Part shown: in pieces, positions 13,529 to 26,650 of the stretch
How the letters are laid out: each line of letters begins with the position of its first letter
Position numbering within the stretch: the first letter of the stretch is position 1
Assembly (NCBI RefSeq): GCF_018977255.1
Contig: NW_024704742.1
Coordinates: 61,878,001-61,942,000, forward strand
DNA from: Callorhinchus milii
Lineage: Eukaryota
Length of the DNA: 64,000 bases
Direction of reading: 5' to 3'
The notes under the pieces: model-generated
What the model saw: only the letters and a program-made list of their open reading frames with translations
What the model was told of the DNA's origin: nothing
Databases searched by the model: none
Made by a program: the position numbers and the translations under genes

Positions 13529-14030
13529 GTCTAAGATTAGACAACAGAATTACTGAGTTTAAAACCTTATTTGTGCATGAAACATGATAAACAGATGGGC
13601 CGGAATTGCTAGACTTATCATGCCATACTTTGAATCACAGTAATATCTGATTTAAGATTTCCCCCAAAAATTGCATAATGGACACCTTAAGAATCTTAGT
13701 GTAATTTGGCATTGGTATGAGTATAACACATATTACATTATCTACAATGCAACTGTCTGTGAGTTCTATACCACTGGGATTGAGCTTCTGCAATTATGCT
13801 GGTATGAATCACAAAGGGAAATTGATGTTGTGTTATTTGTGTCAACCTCTATAAAGGCAGTTTACGCTGTTTTCCTGGGGGGAGAGTCGAATGTTCTAAA
13901 CTGCTGCGGAAAAGACATGCAGCCCAGGGCTGTAATTCAGGAGTTCCCATCAGATTCTTTTGCATGGGCCAAACCCAGATTAATAGGGTGGAAAAATTGG
14001 CAGATGAAATGCTGGATCTGCAGTGAATTG

Positions 14031-14312
14031 TTATTTTTGGTCAGCCTGGTGCCTGACACATGCGGAAACCCATCACATTGCTAAAGAGCATATAATGCAG
14101 GCCAGCAGTTTCACATCTACATATCACATGAAAATTTCCCATTCATCTTGAATGTTGTATGCACTCTCTATCTGGAGGGATGCACCCTGCTCACCTAATT
14201 CTGGGGATTGTTAGGTGCAGGTTAGCAAGACCCAGGTCTTGGGGACCCCAGAGTATAGGTTGGGGTAAATGCTGGAGATTAACTTGCTGAAACCACACAG
14301 CTTGTCAGTGAC
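14031..14312 (-). mobile_element. Unclassified dispersed repeat family A
   Basis: Homologous to 17851-18275, 34393-34605 and 60620-61270; shared end TTTTTGGTCAGC..GGTG.CTGACAC. Confidence 0.85.
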
Positions 14313-14879
14313 CTTTGATGTGTTGGAGTCAGTCTTCACTCTCCCAGATGTGAAGATGTGAAGCTTTCAGGATATCTAGATTGTGAAGTTGGAAGCTGAT
14401 ATTTCATTTCCCGATGTTGTCAACCATCAGCATCTGGTATCTTCTTCCACGATCAGTGAGGCATCTGCTTTGCCAATTATGGCAGCCAATATTTTTGAAT
14501 CTTGTGATCTCTTTCGTTCTCCTTTGATCTGTTTTTTTTTTTACATATTTTCCTTTCCTTTTTCTCTCTCTCATGCACACGTAAATGAGAGTTCCTCAGG
14601 AAACAAAAGCAGGAGATATCACCAGTCCTGAGATATCATAATGGAGCCACTCCTCACTGGTGATCACTGACAAATACAAAATAAATAGAGAAACTCAATC
14701 ACAAACCAAACTTCTAAAAAAGGCCTACGACAACTATAAAGGGAAGACAATTTTCTTTTAAAATTTAAGATTACACAAAATTGTGGAAAATTCTTGAACA
14801 GGAACCCAGCACGAAAGCATTTGTCTTATTGACATTGAGCTGCAGCAAGTCAGAACTCACCCAAGACTTGATGTATTAC

Positions 14880-16120
14880 AGGCAATCGATCAGAGTAGCA
14901 GTGGTCCTGGAATGAAGGATAGAGGCATAGAGATGGAATTGGGTGTCATCTATATATATGTAGAAATGGACTCCGTGCCTATGCTGATGTCACCAAGAAG
15001 GAGCATACAGATAGTGAAGAGGAGATAAACAAGGATAGACCCTGAAACACACTGACTGTGACTGTACATGTGCTAAAGGGGAATCCTTGGTGAAGACAGT
15101 GAAGATGCTGAATAGATAAGAATGAAACGTGGAAAGGACCGAGCAATGGGGGTGAAGTGGTGCAGTGAGGAGAAAGAGTGGAGGATGGAGTGGTCGATGA
15201 TATTGAAAGCAGCAGAGAGGTCAAGAAGGACAAGGAGTGCCCTGGCTACTCCTGGAGAGAACATTGTTGGTGAGTGGAGGACAGAGGGAGTGTGGAATGG
15301 GTAGTGAAGAGAGGTGGCAGAAGTAGCTAAGTGGATCTGCTTAATTTTAGATGCAAGGAAATCCATTTCCTCGCATTCAGAGTTTCAGTTGAGGATGGAG
15401 GAACCATAGAAGGACGGGCCGAGGAGGTGGTTGTTAGCGAAGAGTAGCCGGGGTTGTCTTTGGCCTTGAGGATGATCCTGGAGTAGAAGGTAAATTGAGT
15501 TGAGGTGACTGTAGACTTCAGTGTGGTCCATCTAGACCTAGGAATGAACAGTTATGCTAGATTATTATTAATATGGTCTTCGACTTCAGGGGGTGAAGGT
15601 GGCTGTTATACCAGAGGACCTTGAAGGGGTATGAGATAGTTTGAGATGAGATGTGATTGAGTGCACTGAGGATAGCAGTGAGGAAGCTGTGAAGTCAGTC
15701 AATCACGGAGGTAAGATCAAAGTGGGAGAAGGTTCAGAAGAGCAGGAGTTCAGCGAATTTGCAGTTATTTGTGAGGGAGTGAAGGGAGGATTTTATTCTA
15801 GGGCACTGAAATGATAGGGTGGGAGAGTTAATGGCAGGGAGGATAATGAAGGAGTTAAGGAAAATGAAGTGATCTGAGATGGCATTTGGAGATCACAGTG
15901 TTGGAGATGAAGAAATCTTAAGCACTGAGGGGTTTCCATGGATATAGGTGAGGGAGTTGATGTGAAGGGTGAGGATCAGGGAGGAGAAGAGGACAAAGAG
16001 ATCAGCAGAAATGGGGCAGGCAGGGGTGACATTCAGCCTGAAATCGCCTAAGATGAGATGTTTGGAGGGAAGAAGCTGAGGGAGGATAGGAGGGATGGCC
16101 AGAAGAATTGTGTTGTCCAC
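14880..16120 (-). mobile_element. Decayed L2 LINE ORF2 (APE endonuclease + RT remnants)
   Basis: Minus-strand motifs LILGDF (endonuclease), LLVLLDLSAAFNIIDHSIL (RT) and HGVHFYIYIDDTQ (YADD box); frameshifted and internally deleted. Confidence 0.92.
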
Positions 16121-16191
16121 CACAACCACCTCCTCCAGCCAGCCTCCTATGCTCCCTCTATCCTCAAGTACAAATAAAAATAACATAAAAC

Positions 16192-16874
16192 CTATTCACT
16201 GTTTTAGTGATTTAAGCGACTAAAATAAGCACAGACATCTCTGCAAAAGGCACAGTGGAAGTTTAAATATTTAACTTAATAATATCATGTTATAATAATA
16301 TAATAATTATTATAACTTAAAAAGTTTAGCATTTCTGCTGAAACACCTCCAAATACAAATGTGAGGAGATGATAGACTTCCTTTAGTCTAAAATCAAGGA
16401 AATCAAGGAGATTCACTCAGCTCCCCTCCCTCCTCTTCCCTCTTCCTTACACGGAATGCATTCCCATCCCTATAAAGTGATCTGAGATGTTATCCTTCGT
16501 GGAGGGCACAAAATGAATGCGTTGTTGTTGTTAGGGATTGTTGTTGTTGTTGTTGGGGATTGTTAGCATATAGATAGTTCACCATAAACGGCTGTTGACA
16601 CAATTTAATGAATAGTCTCCTTTCGTGCTGTGAACATTCTACAAGTCTGTGATCAGTCAGTTGAAGTCTGAGGCACATGAAATATGTGAAGTGTGGCAGC
16701 AATAAGTGATGTGTTGTGAATGGGATTATGAGCAGTGGATCTGAATGTGCTTCATCACAGCATCTTTCTTCATTCATTCAATTGCTTTTATGTAACGGAT
16801 TCAGGTTAGCGAAGGCAAACTGTGCCTTTTGCAGAAATGTCTGTGCTTATTCTAGTCTCTAAAAGAGTGAACAG
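16192..16874. repeat. Inverted repeat pair
   Basis: 16218-16256 vs 16819-16857 are 37/39 reverse-complementary; the match extends to 16192-16207 vs 16859-16874 after a gap. Confidence 0.9.
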
Positions 16875-17665
16875 CAACTGTTAGCTGGTGATTTTCACAG
16901 GTTGTTCACTAATTAAATTGAATCGCACGACTGCTTTCAAACAGTACAAGAGATTACAAATGTTGGTACAAAAGCAAGGGGAGAAATTCACTTGGGTCCA
17001 AATTCACATGATTTATATAGCATTTCAGAGTGTTCCAGAATTTGGCAAATTCTTAAATGATGTTTAAATTCTGAAGCTGGTTTTCTGCAAGTTTAGATTT
17101 AGACTCTAATGAAATTTCTCCCCATCTATCATTCAAACTCCTTTGTTTATCAAATGAATTTTACGTGGCTCCCAAAGAGAGTAGTAGGCCTGACATGTCA
17201 CCCTCTCTTTACTCATAAGACCATTTTGTCTTAAAATTTGAAATCAACAACAACAACTTGCATTTATGGTCGGCATCTCAGAGCGCTTCTGTAAATCATG
17301 CAGAATTGTGGAGATTTTTAAAATCTGGTCTTAATATGGAATCCAGTCCATTTTAAGAGGTGCGGAATGCTGACTTCCAAATTCAGATTGATCCTTCAGA
17401 TTTTCTACAATTCTACAGGGTCATAAATTTGAGAAGAGGCTAAGAGATTTGATGAGGTTCAACCCCAGCTCCAATTCAGCTTCACCACAAGCCAGAATCT
17501 CTAAAGCTCTCGATGGAGAAAATAACTTACAAGTTTTTTTAAAAAATGGGCCGTAAAATTGAATTTAAAAATGTTTTGCAGTATGGGCGTTGTCACAGAC
17601 GCTAGGCTTCAAATAAAAGATTTAGCTTAGAAAGAGCTCAAATTCAGTTTTGGAGATAACATTGA

Positions 17666-17684
17666 TCACCACTAGATGGCATCA
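17666..17684 (+). promoter_or_regulatory. Candidate CTCF site
   Basis: CACCACTAGATGGCATCA matches the CTCF core CCAC(C/T)AG(A/G)(G/T)GGC(A/G). Confidence 0.55.
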
Positions 17685-17850
17685 CTTCCCCCCATGATCA
17701 ACTTCAGGACATCAGCAATGAAGAGTCTTGGCTGATACTTAAAACCATGCTTCCTGATACTGTTGATCTGCTGTGGGTTTCCGGTGATTCTCTGTTTCTT
17801 TTTTATTTGGGTTGTTTTGTTCTTGTGATGCCACATTTATTTCAATAAGA

Positions 17851-18275
17851 TTTTTTTTTTGGTCAGCCGGGTGTCTGACACATGTGAAAACCCATCTCCA
17901 TGCTTACGAGTATCCAAACCAAGCTGAAATCTCCCTGCATCCCACCTACACATGGAAATCTCAGAGATAGATTGTTGGAATGGAATGTGCACTTTCTCCC
18001 TGGAGAGTCGCATCCTGCTTACATAATTCCGGGAAAATATTAGGCACAGGTTGGCAAGAACCAAGGCTTAGGGACCCCAGAGTGTGCGTTGGGGTAACTG
18101 CTGGAATCTAACCAGCTAAAACCACATAGCTTGCCATTGAAATTGCTATCTGGCAAACGTTCCTGCTGCTTGTCCAGCTTGGACCACCCTACCCATTAGG
18201 TCTTTGACTTGTAGGGTTAACAGGAACTGAGTGGATGTCTTCTTGTCCCCAGTGACTGATCTGCCCTTCCAGGTC
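17851..18275 (-). mobile_element. Unclassified dispersed repeat family A
   Basis: Well-preserved copy; the minus strand ends GTGTCAGACACCCGGCTGACC followed by an A-run. Confidence 0.85.
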
Positions 18276-19234
18276 TCGAAGATGAGCCAACACAATAAGA
18301 GAGTGGGAGTTCAAACTCTCCGAAACACAATGCAACTCCAGCAAGTGAGAACAACCCTCAGTAAGTAAAGGAACTTCAGCTCTGACAGAGGCACACACCT
18401 ATTGTTTCTATTTGCTGTATTCAGATTATCTTCCAGTTCTTTATTTAACAGTTCCTCAATGGACAGATATGAGATTTCCTTTTGCTCTTTCTTGCAGAAT
18501 GTGTAAATATCTCTTTTACATAATATTGCAGAAAAAATAACAAAACTGTATTTAATGTACCAAAATGCTTTAATATGGACTGACTTTTTAATTAGGGCTT
18601 TATGTTGTGAAGTCATGTTACAGAAGCTGCGAGTATAGACTACAGGAATGATGAGTAACATGTAATTTAGCAATAGTAGGATGATACATGGCAAAAACTG
18701 GATATCTGAAATAAAAGCAGAAAATGCTGGAAAGTTACAGCTGGAAATTCAACAAACATTTGTTAAAATCGAAGGGTGGTTGAAATGCAATGCTTTTTTA
18801 AACAGATTTGATGTGATAATCATCATATCGGATCTAATATGAAACATTGCATTTTTCACCCCAGAATAGGAAGGTTTATATCAAAGGTATTAATTTAGTT
18901 TTTTTCTCTCATATGCATATCAATCTGTTGTGCATTGTACATTTCTTTTATTAGGTTCCTATTAAAAAGAAATGAAAAATGTACAACAGATCAATATTAT
19001 GTATTATTATTTAATATAGCATTTTGTCATTGAAATGTCTCAAAGTGCTTCACAGGGAATTACAGACAAGTATAGTGACCGTATCAATATTAATCTAAAT
19101 GTGTTGTTGTTATGTATATGTGGGTAAACAAGGTAGCCAATTTGGCACAACAAAGGTCCTACGAAGAGCCATGAGGTAAATGACTTATTTGGCTGGAAGA
19201 TTGTTGGTCTGGTCCTTGGGAAAAAGTGCCTTGT

Positions 19235-19545
19235 GGAGTTCTGTAGCTCAGTGGTTAGAGCTCTCGGTTGCTGACAGTGTAAAATGTTGGGCAAGTTTCC
19301 TTACTCCACGCGCCTCTGTTTACCTAGCACTAAGTAGGAATCCGGTTGTTAAGCGATTGGATGGTCGCTTTTCCAGGGTAACAATTTCATGGCCATTTGT
19401 AAGCATTGCTTTGTGCAAATTGGCTGTTGCCTTCGCCTACAAAATACACAATCATTGCACTTCGTAATGTATCCCGTGAAGTGCTTTGAAATGTCCTCCT
19501 GAAATGAAATGCACTATATCAAATGTAAGGATTATTAGTATTTAT
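19235..19545 (+). mobile_element. tRNA-derived SINE, head-to-head with an older Deu SINE at ~19000-19220 (-)
   Basis: GGAGTTCTGTAGCTCAGTGGTTAGAG head, core and tail. Confidence 0.85.
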
Positions 19546-20133
19546 TGTTAGAAAGTATTCACAGGAATTTAGCCTTAAATTTCAGATGATTGTATAGTTG
19601 TACAATCGTGTGAAAACACAGCAGATGAGCAGTTATTTTCCTGTTTTATATAAAAAAAGCTTCTTCAAACTCTTTTTCAGCAAGTATGATTTTCTAAATG
19701 TAAAGGGTTGACTGCCATCTGGTAAATTGTCTTGCAAGCTGATATCGTTTGCCAGCTGCTTTAAAAAGAACCTCTGCATTAAAAATAAAATGTTGCAAAA
19801 ACACATGAGAAATTAATTGCTGGATCAAAGTTCCATCTGTTCTTGGAGTAGAAATGTTCTTGAGAGAAAATTTTGGTCCAGGTTGCGAGCCTGTCCCGAA
19901 AACTCTCAAAAGAGGTATCAATGCCCCTACAATAATCCTGCTTATGTTTTCAATCATCTTAAAAGCCAGCTACCCGCTTGGCTGGTTTTGGTGGTTATGT
20001 TTTCAAATGATCTATTTTAGCTAAAAACAAACTTTTCCATTGTACTCTGCTGAATGGAAATTGAAAGTAGCACTTTCGTAGAATAAGATGTACCAAAATA
20101 GCTAATTCTCCCCTTCTACTCTCTCCCCCCCCC

Positions 20134-20164
<31 letters not shown>

Positions 20165-21300
20165 GCACAAATAATTCATTGGTCTGTACATTTTGGAATA
20201 ATACCCCTAAGTGAAATGTTGGTCAGTTTTGAAAGTATCCACCCAAACCCCACTAACTAGGCTATAAATACCATTGCCTTTTCTGCATAAAGGAGACAAG
20301 GATATCAGCAACAAACAGACTCAGGAGACTGCACATTTTACAGACTTGTTATTGATGTTTAAACTTATCTTGTTCAAATCTGCACTGGAACTCTAGACCT
20401 TTAGGTCATCATAGTGATCATTTAAGTGATCTGCCAGGCAGGAATGAAACAGCAATGTCACGTAGACATGACTGGCCCTGCAAATGGGTTAAGGAGGGTG
20501 TTGTGTTGTAGCCTCAACAGGGAGTTTCCGGACAAGCTCGGACCCTGGCACAGGCAGGAACGAAACGCTCTGAAAAACATTACACTGCTCTGCTCTCATT
20601 TCATCCATCTTGCTAGTTTGCAATGCAGCAGATTTGATTCCTACTGCAATAATGTCTAAGTATTATTCAAACCGTTCCTTTTATTTTATGTTTGAGTATA
20701 CTGAATTTTTTTACAATAAATTTTGAAACATAACCCCAGATTTTAAATAAACAGTGACAGACATGTTCGTTACACTTTTTCTTGTTTGTAAATAGAGTAA
20801 CGTGTTGTGTGAAATGCTGGGCCATTGAATGAAAAAATAAACAAAAAATGTGTAATTTTTTCATCCTTTCACAATTAATAATAATAACACAATAATAATC
20901 ATCATTCTTACATTTAGTAATAACGCCATTCATGTCGGGAAGTTGTCTCAAAGAGCTTCTCGGGATTTACTGTGAAGTCCAGTGGCTGTGTATTCTGTAG
21001 GCAAACACAGCAGCCAATATGTGTACAGCTATTTACCACAACCAGACATAACCAATTTTATTGTTAGAGGATTGTTAGCTAGGACACCGACATCTCTAAT
21101 AATGTAGTTTTCCCCGATCTGAGTGTCACCCTGGACTGTGAGTTCAAAATTCTGATGTGGGGCTTGAATTTGTGCAATACATTCCCAAGTTGTGTTTTTT
21201 AGTGATTACTAATATAATTCACAATTTTTTCCATATAATACAAAACAGAATCAGCAAAGTGTGTTCTTAGTGATACTCTGGCATTTCACATTTTACCCAG

Positions 21301-21478
21301 GCAACTGTGTCCTTTGACAGAATTAAAAAGAGTTGTGAAGTTTTGAACTCAATCGGCTTTACCTTTGAGAAAATTGATTCTTTGCAACATTTTCCAGGAT
21401 TGAGTTCATCAGCGCACACAGGGAGGAGCAGTAATTCTACTCTTGACCCCTCCCCCCACCATCCTGCGTTATCAACAG
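21301..21478 (+). CDS. Weak candidate internal exon (178 nt, phase 0 to 1)
   Basis: Acceptor cattttacccag, donor CAG|gtaaat, open frame ATVSFDRIKKSCEVLNSIGFTFEKIDSLQHFPG...; product not recognised. Confidence 0.25.
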
Positions 21479-22199
21479 GTAAATGGATATTCCCACAGAG
21501 AAAATGATAGATTTTACACACTTCTGCACAATCTTAAATTTGAAGACAAAACTGGTTTACAGGCTAAGACCAGGTAGAATTTCAGGTTTCAAGTTTTCCA
21601 GACACTTTTTGATATAGTTGGTGCCCCATTGACAGAGTTTAGGTCATCTAATAATAATAATAATCCTTGGATTTGATATCGAGCCTTATCATGTATCAAA
21701 GCGCTTCACAGCATATATTGTGAAGTGTAGACTGTGTATTGTGTGGGTGATTCCAAGACGCTCTGTGGTTATCAGTGTGCTGTGGTGTAAATAGAAATAG
21801 AATAAACTACAGTCTATTAATTACCAATAGTTTGACGTATGATAAAATAATCGCTATCACAACGAAACATCTCAAAATACTTCACACAAGTGTGATTACT
21901 GTGTACTTGTAGGTGAACTAATTATCCTGATTATTACTGTGATGCTGCTGAGAAATAATTCCATTTTCATTCTCTGTTTTTCTCTATTTCTTTTCTCTCT
22001 TTGTGTCTATTTTAATTACAAAGCTACAGAACCAGTTCTGTAATAATAATAATCCTTGCAGTTGATATAGCCCCTCATCACGTCTTCGAGACGTCTCAAA
22101 GCGCTTCACCAAATATACTGTAAAGTGAATTGACTGTATATTTTGTGGGCGAAACGTATTCACGTGTGTTGAAATGAGACGCTCCATCAATGCCCTGCG

Positions 22200-25100
22200 G
22201 CAATCATTATTAACTCAACCTGATGTTAAGATTCGTTTTAACTCTGTGACATATGGGAGCATTTTGATTGTATAAATATAATAAATATTTGTGATGTTTT
22301 AAAATTCATTCAGGGCCTAATTGCAACCAGGGTTTTCTTTTTAATGAAATAGTAATGTTTTTTTTAGTGTCTACATTGTGAAATTCATCTGGATCCATTT
22401 TTTTTCTTCATGGTTGTATGTTCCAGTACAAAGACTCTGAAGCAGATCAACGATCAATTGCAATTCAGGATTCCATCCTTCTTTATTACTGTTCTTTATT
22501 CTTGTTTGGGCGGAATGCGATTTTCCTGTTGCAGTCGCTCAATTTGCAAATTTACAATGGAAGAAATGTAGTATCAAATGGCCCTTAATGATTATTACAA
22601 GCACGGCTTGGATTTGGCTGGCTTAAATCCCTCATGGNAAAAAAAAGACATTGCAAAACAACCATAGAACTTTTGGAAAAATATTTTGTGGGAGCCCACC
22701 CTCAGGATATTGCACAGAAATAACGATAAAGGAAGATAGTGAGCATAATATGCGCAGTTTATATAAAATAAAAGAAAGTTTTTTTTCATCAAAGTACATT
22801 TCACACAATCACAAGGTAGAATTACACATTACTTAGCATCAGCCGTTGGAAATTCTGGCATGAGTGATCATGTAGTCTGTTATGCAATCGGGTCTAAATT
22901 GCAGTGTTTCTTAACAGATTTCTTAACAAGTAATGTGTAACAATTCATTGTTTAGAAATCAATAATGCATTTGGTCAACACATTACTTAATTGTGCATTT
23001 TCTACAGGGATTTCTGTGAGGAAATAATGCAAGTTAGATCCAAATATTCCTTCTGTTTGCCAACCAATAACAAAGTAACTGTCTCTGTTAATGTCAAATA
23101 ACAATCATAAATCTTAAATGTAACTTTAACAACGNTTTTTCTCTTCTCTAAAGTTCTGGCTAGTGTCTTTACTGATTCAGTTTACATTATAAACATAGTT
23201 ATGGAAAGCCTGTTTGTAGCAGAGATGCCATACTATTTTGACTAAATGTACATCAAATATCTTAGACTTTCTTGGACCACTTGCCCGAACCAGCAATAAT
23301 CTTCAAGCTTATGCATTTGTTGTTTTCAAACATTTTCTTTAAAAAAGGAACATATTCAGCATCCCAACAAAAGTTATTACTTAGTTTTTCTAAAAATTTC
23401 TCAAGGTGGAAAATTTAAATATCGTATGAAAATGCATCCATAGTTTTATGGAGCCTTCAGCACCAGAATTTTGATCTCAGGGGTATTTGTCACAATCAAA
23501 ATGCAATCTTTTTTTAAATGTAATTTTTCCACAATTGCACAAAATATGAAAGAGACAAAGAGAGGAAAGAACTCTTCATTCTGAGGTAACAAAAGTGCAA
23601 TACTCAAACATTGTTTTTTCATATATTTAGGGCAAATTGTTATCCTTAATGTTCAATATTTTACTTTGGGAATTTTGTTTGTTTGCTGATTCCATGCGTT
23701 TGCTGCATTATTCTGTCCTTAAATATACACTTATTTCTTACCGGAAATTTTGCACATTGAGGGTTACAAAACTTGAAATTAACTTAAAATGTATTGTGAG
23801 ATAAAATTGAAGTTGCACATCGTTCATGTTTTCTGTGACTCCAACTGTGGAATTTATTTTGTTAAATCAATTCATAGGTTTGTACAATGTGGTCAAGAGT
23901 AAGCTGTGTTACTGAACATGCAAATAATAAAAACTAGCACAATAATGGTGATTGGCTACACAACTAAATGTTGCTTAACTATCCCCGTCCCAACATCACA
24001 CAGTATTATTTCATTCATTACAACTGTTGTACTAAAACACGTAAGTTTTAGAAACTTGAAAGAGAGCTTCGGTGCTAGGATTTCAGTCCTTTTGAAGCTT
24101 ATGTCTACGTCTGTTTTAGTGCAAATTACCAACAAGCCTCTTTGTACTTACCCCTTCTACAACGCTGGACCACCAACAGCTGAAGCCGGCTTTTGGACAG
24201 CCCATTCTTTATGGAAAAGAGTGAATACGGAACAAATGTAGCTGGCTACATCTTTACTTGGGTTACTGAACAGCAGTGCGCTCTACCCTTATCCCTGGAG
24301 GCCTATTAGAGCACACCAGAGTCTGGTGCAGTTGAAGAGTCCAGAAAGTTAGGCCAAAGCACGCTCGGGTCATTCTTTGTGTTTGTTTTTCTCAAAATAC
24401 ATCATCTATGCTTTATCATTTTGAGATTTTGTTTTAAACTGGTACCTTTTTCGAGCGTGAGCATCAAAGCTTGCCAGCCCCTGTCACAAAAAGCAGTTTT
24501 TAATCTGTTTGGAAACAAATAGATTGTGGACAGCTGTCACTATCTGAGGTAAAATGATGACTTAATGTTGATTAACCAAGTAGGCCTTTGAAGTGACTGT
24601 GTCAGGAGCCCACAGTATGTCTGAACTGATCACTATCAGTCTCTCTCTAATGGGCGACTTGGTGCCATAGGCTTTTTTCTCCAAGCTAGTTAAGGTAGAT
24701 ACAGGAGTCAATGGCTTTGTAAGTTTAAAAAGGCCTTCCCATTCACAGGCCTCAGACGTCTCTTCCTTTACTGAGGTTAATATCTGAGAATAAACAGATG
24801 CAGCCTTTTTCAGTGGTTAACAAGGCAGCGAAGCTTAGCTTTTCTGCCTCGACCACAGTAATATTTCCCTCCCAAGCAAGATATTTGCCTGTGCCATCAA
24901 AAGTAAAGCAACGTGAAGATATTTTTCATTGTTGATTGTAACTGAATTAAATTAATTAATTTTTAACATTATTTTATTCAACAACACAAATCGTTCTGAT
25001 AATTTTCCTCAAGATTATCAAGTGATTGCTTCCCCCTTTTTTTGGCACAGAGATCATTTTCAGGGCTTCTGTAGCTATAAAGCTGCAAAGGTTTTTCTAA

Positions 25101-25450
25101 TATGTTGCTTGTAGATTGCCACTCAACCTCTCATCATAAAATCCTTTGCAAAAAACATTGATTCAAAACTGCATTTCATCTATAATGCGGGACAGCTATC
25201 ATTCTTCTCAAATAGAATATTTTTGAATGAACCAATAAAATGTCTTGAATTCATCATATTTTGTATACACCGCACAAATATACCATTGTGGGACATTTAG
25301 ACATATATTATTCATATCCTGTGTTTGGGATGGATGGCGTTGCATTGCAGTACTTTAACTCAGTTTGGTTGTTAGTTTAATATTCTTTTGTTTCATTAGC
25401 ATATCTGATTTTATCGGCCTCTAAAGTCAATTGTATCACATTGTTAAACA
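22200..25450. promoter_or_regulatory. Repeat-free block, candidate conserved non-coding element cluster
   Basis: About 3.2 kb without recognisable SINE/LINE; TCF/LEF-like CATCAAAG (24462) and CCTTTGAAG (24585), MEIS-like CTGTCA (24481, 24534), many TAAT/ATTA cores. Confidence 0.5.
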
Positions 25451-26071
25451 CAGGTTTAGGCATTATTAAGAAAAAAATAATAATTCTTACCTTTAACATA
25501 CTGCTCCTTTCAAGTCAGGGGGATATCCCAAAGCGCTTCAGAAGATAAACCATAAAGTGTTGTGACTGTGTATTTTGCGAGAAAATTCCTATTGATATGA
25601 ATGCTGAAATTTGAATTTCATCTATGTGGCACTGAAAGACACACCATAGACTCAGGGTTTTAAGGTTTTCTCAGTTTGTAGCTCTTTTGTGGAGCTGGAA
25701 CTCAGGATAGATTATAAATGGTTTTGGCTTTTGTTTTTTGTGCATTATGTTAAAATCCAGAATCCGTTCAACCACCTTTCGGGGATGTTAAATTTTCAAT
25801 AATGTGTCTTTTCAAAATCCGATTGGATTTTCTTGTTCATAAGGGTCAGAGGGCTATGTCCACCACAGTAGTCATTATCTCTGCACTGTTTTTGACCCAA
25901 TTTGTGTCTGAGTATTATTAACAGTGATTATCATAACCAGTGACAATTATCACTGCTGAATGTTGCATCTCCTTTCCCCCTCCCCCTTTCTTTATTTGGA
26001 GTGTAATTCTTTTAAAAAAAAGATAATTTCACATTCTTTATTATTAAAGGATGTAAAAGTCCTGTAGGATG

Positions 26072-26650
26072 TGGATTCCTGCAGCTCAGTGGTTGGAGCG
26101 CTCGCCTCGTAAGCAAGAGACCTACGTTCAGTTCCCGGCAGAGAGAAATGTCGGGCAAGTTTCCTTACTCCACACACCTCTATTAAATAGCAGTTAATAG
26201 GAACCTGGTTGTTAGTCAATTGGCGATCGCTTTGCCGGGGATAATAATTCCTTGAAAAAAAATAATAATAAATTGGTAATTCAATCCACGAATGTTTGTG
26301 GAACATTGCTGTGTCCAATTGGCTGCCACGTTTTTCTCACAAAATATAGTCAGTTTACTTTACAGTATATTCTTTGTAGCGCTTTGAGACATCTCAAAGA
26401 TGTGATAATACTCTATGTCAAATGCAAGGATTATTATGATTATTATATTAAAAAAATTATTAAAAACCAAAATTAATAATTTGGTCCTTCAATCCACGAC
26501 TGTTTATGGGACACTGATGTGCGCAATTGGCTTCCAAGTTTCGCCTACAAAACATGCAATACACTTTATAGTATATTCTGTGAAGTGCTTTGAAACGTCT
26601 CAATGACAAGATAAAGCACTATATCAAATTCAAGGATTATTATTATTATT
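26072..26650 (+). mobile_element. Full-length tRNA-derived SINE followed by a second, truncated copy
   Basis: Head at 26072, tail at ~26446; second core and tail at 26470-26650. Confidence 0.9.

Noticed and set aside
20123..20163. C-run/(CA)n and other G-rich tracts as functional quadruplexes
   Set aside because: Ordinary simple repeats with no supporting context.
22638..23135. Single N bases at 22638 and 23135
   Set aside because: Assembly ambiguities next to homopolymers, not biology.
24152..24206. Minus-strand 55-nt exon candidate with a strong donor
   Set aside because: No recognisable product or partner exons; lies in a CNE-like block.
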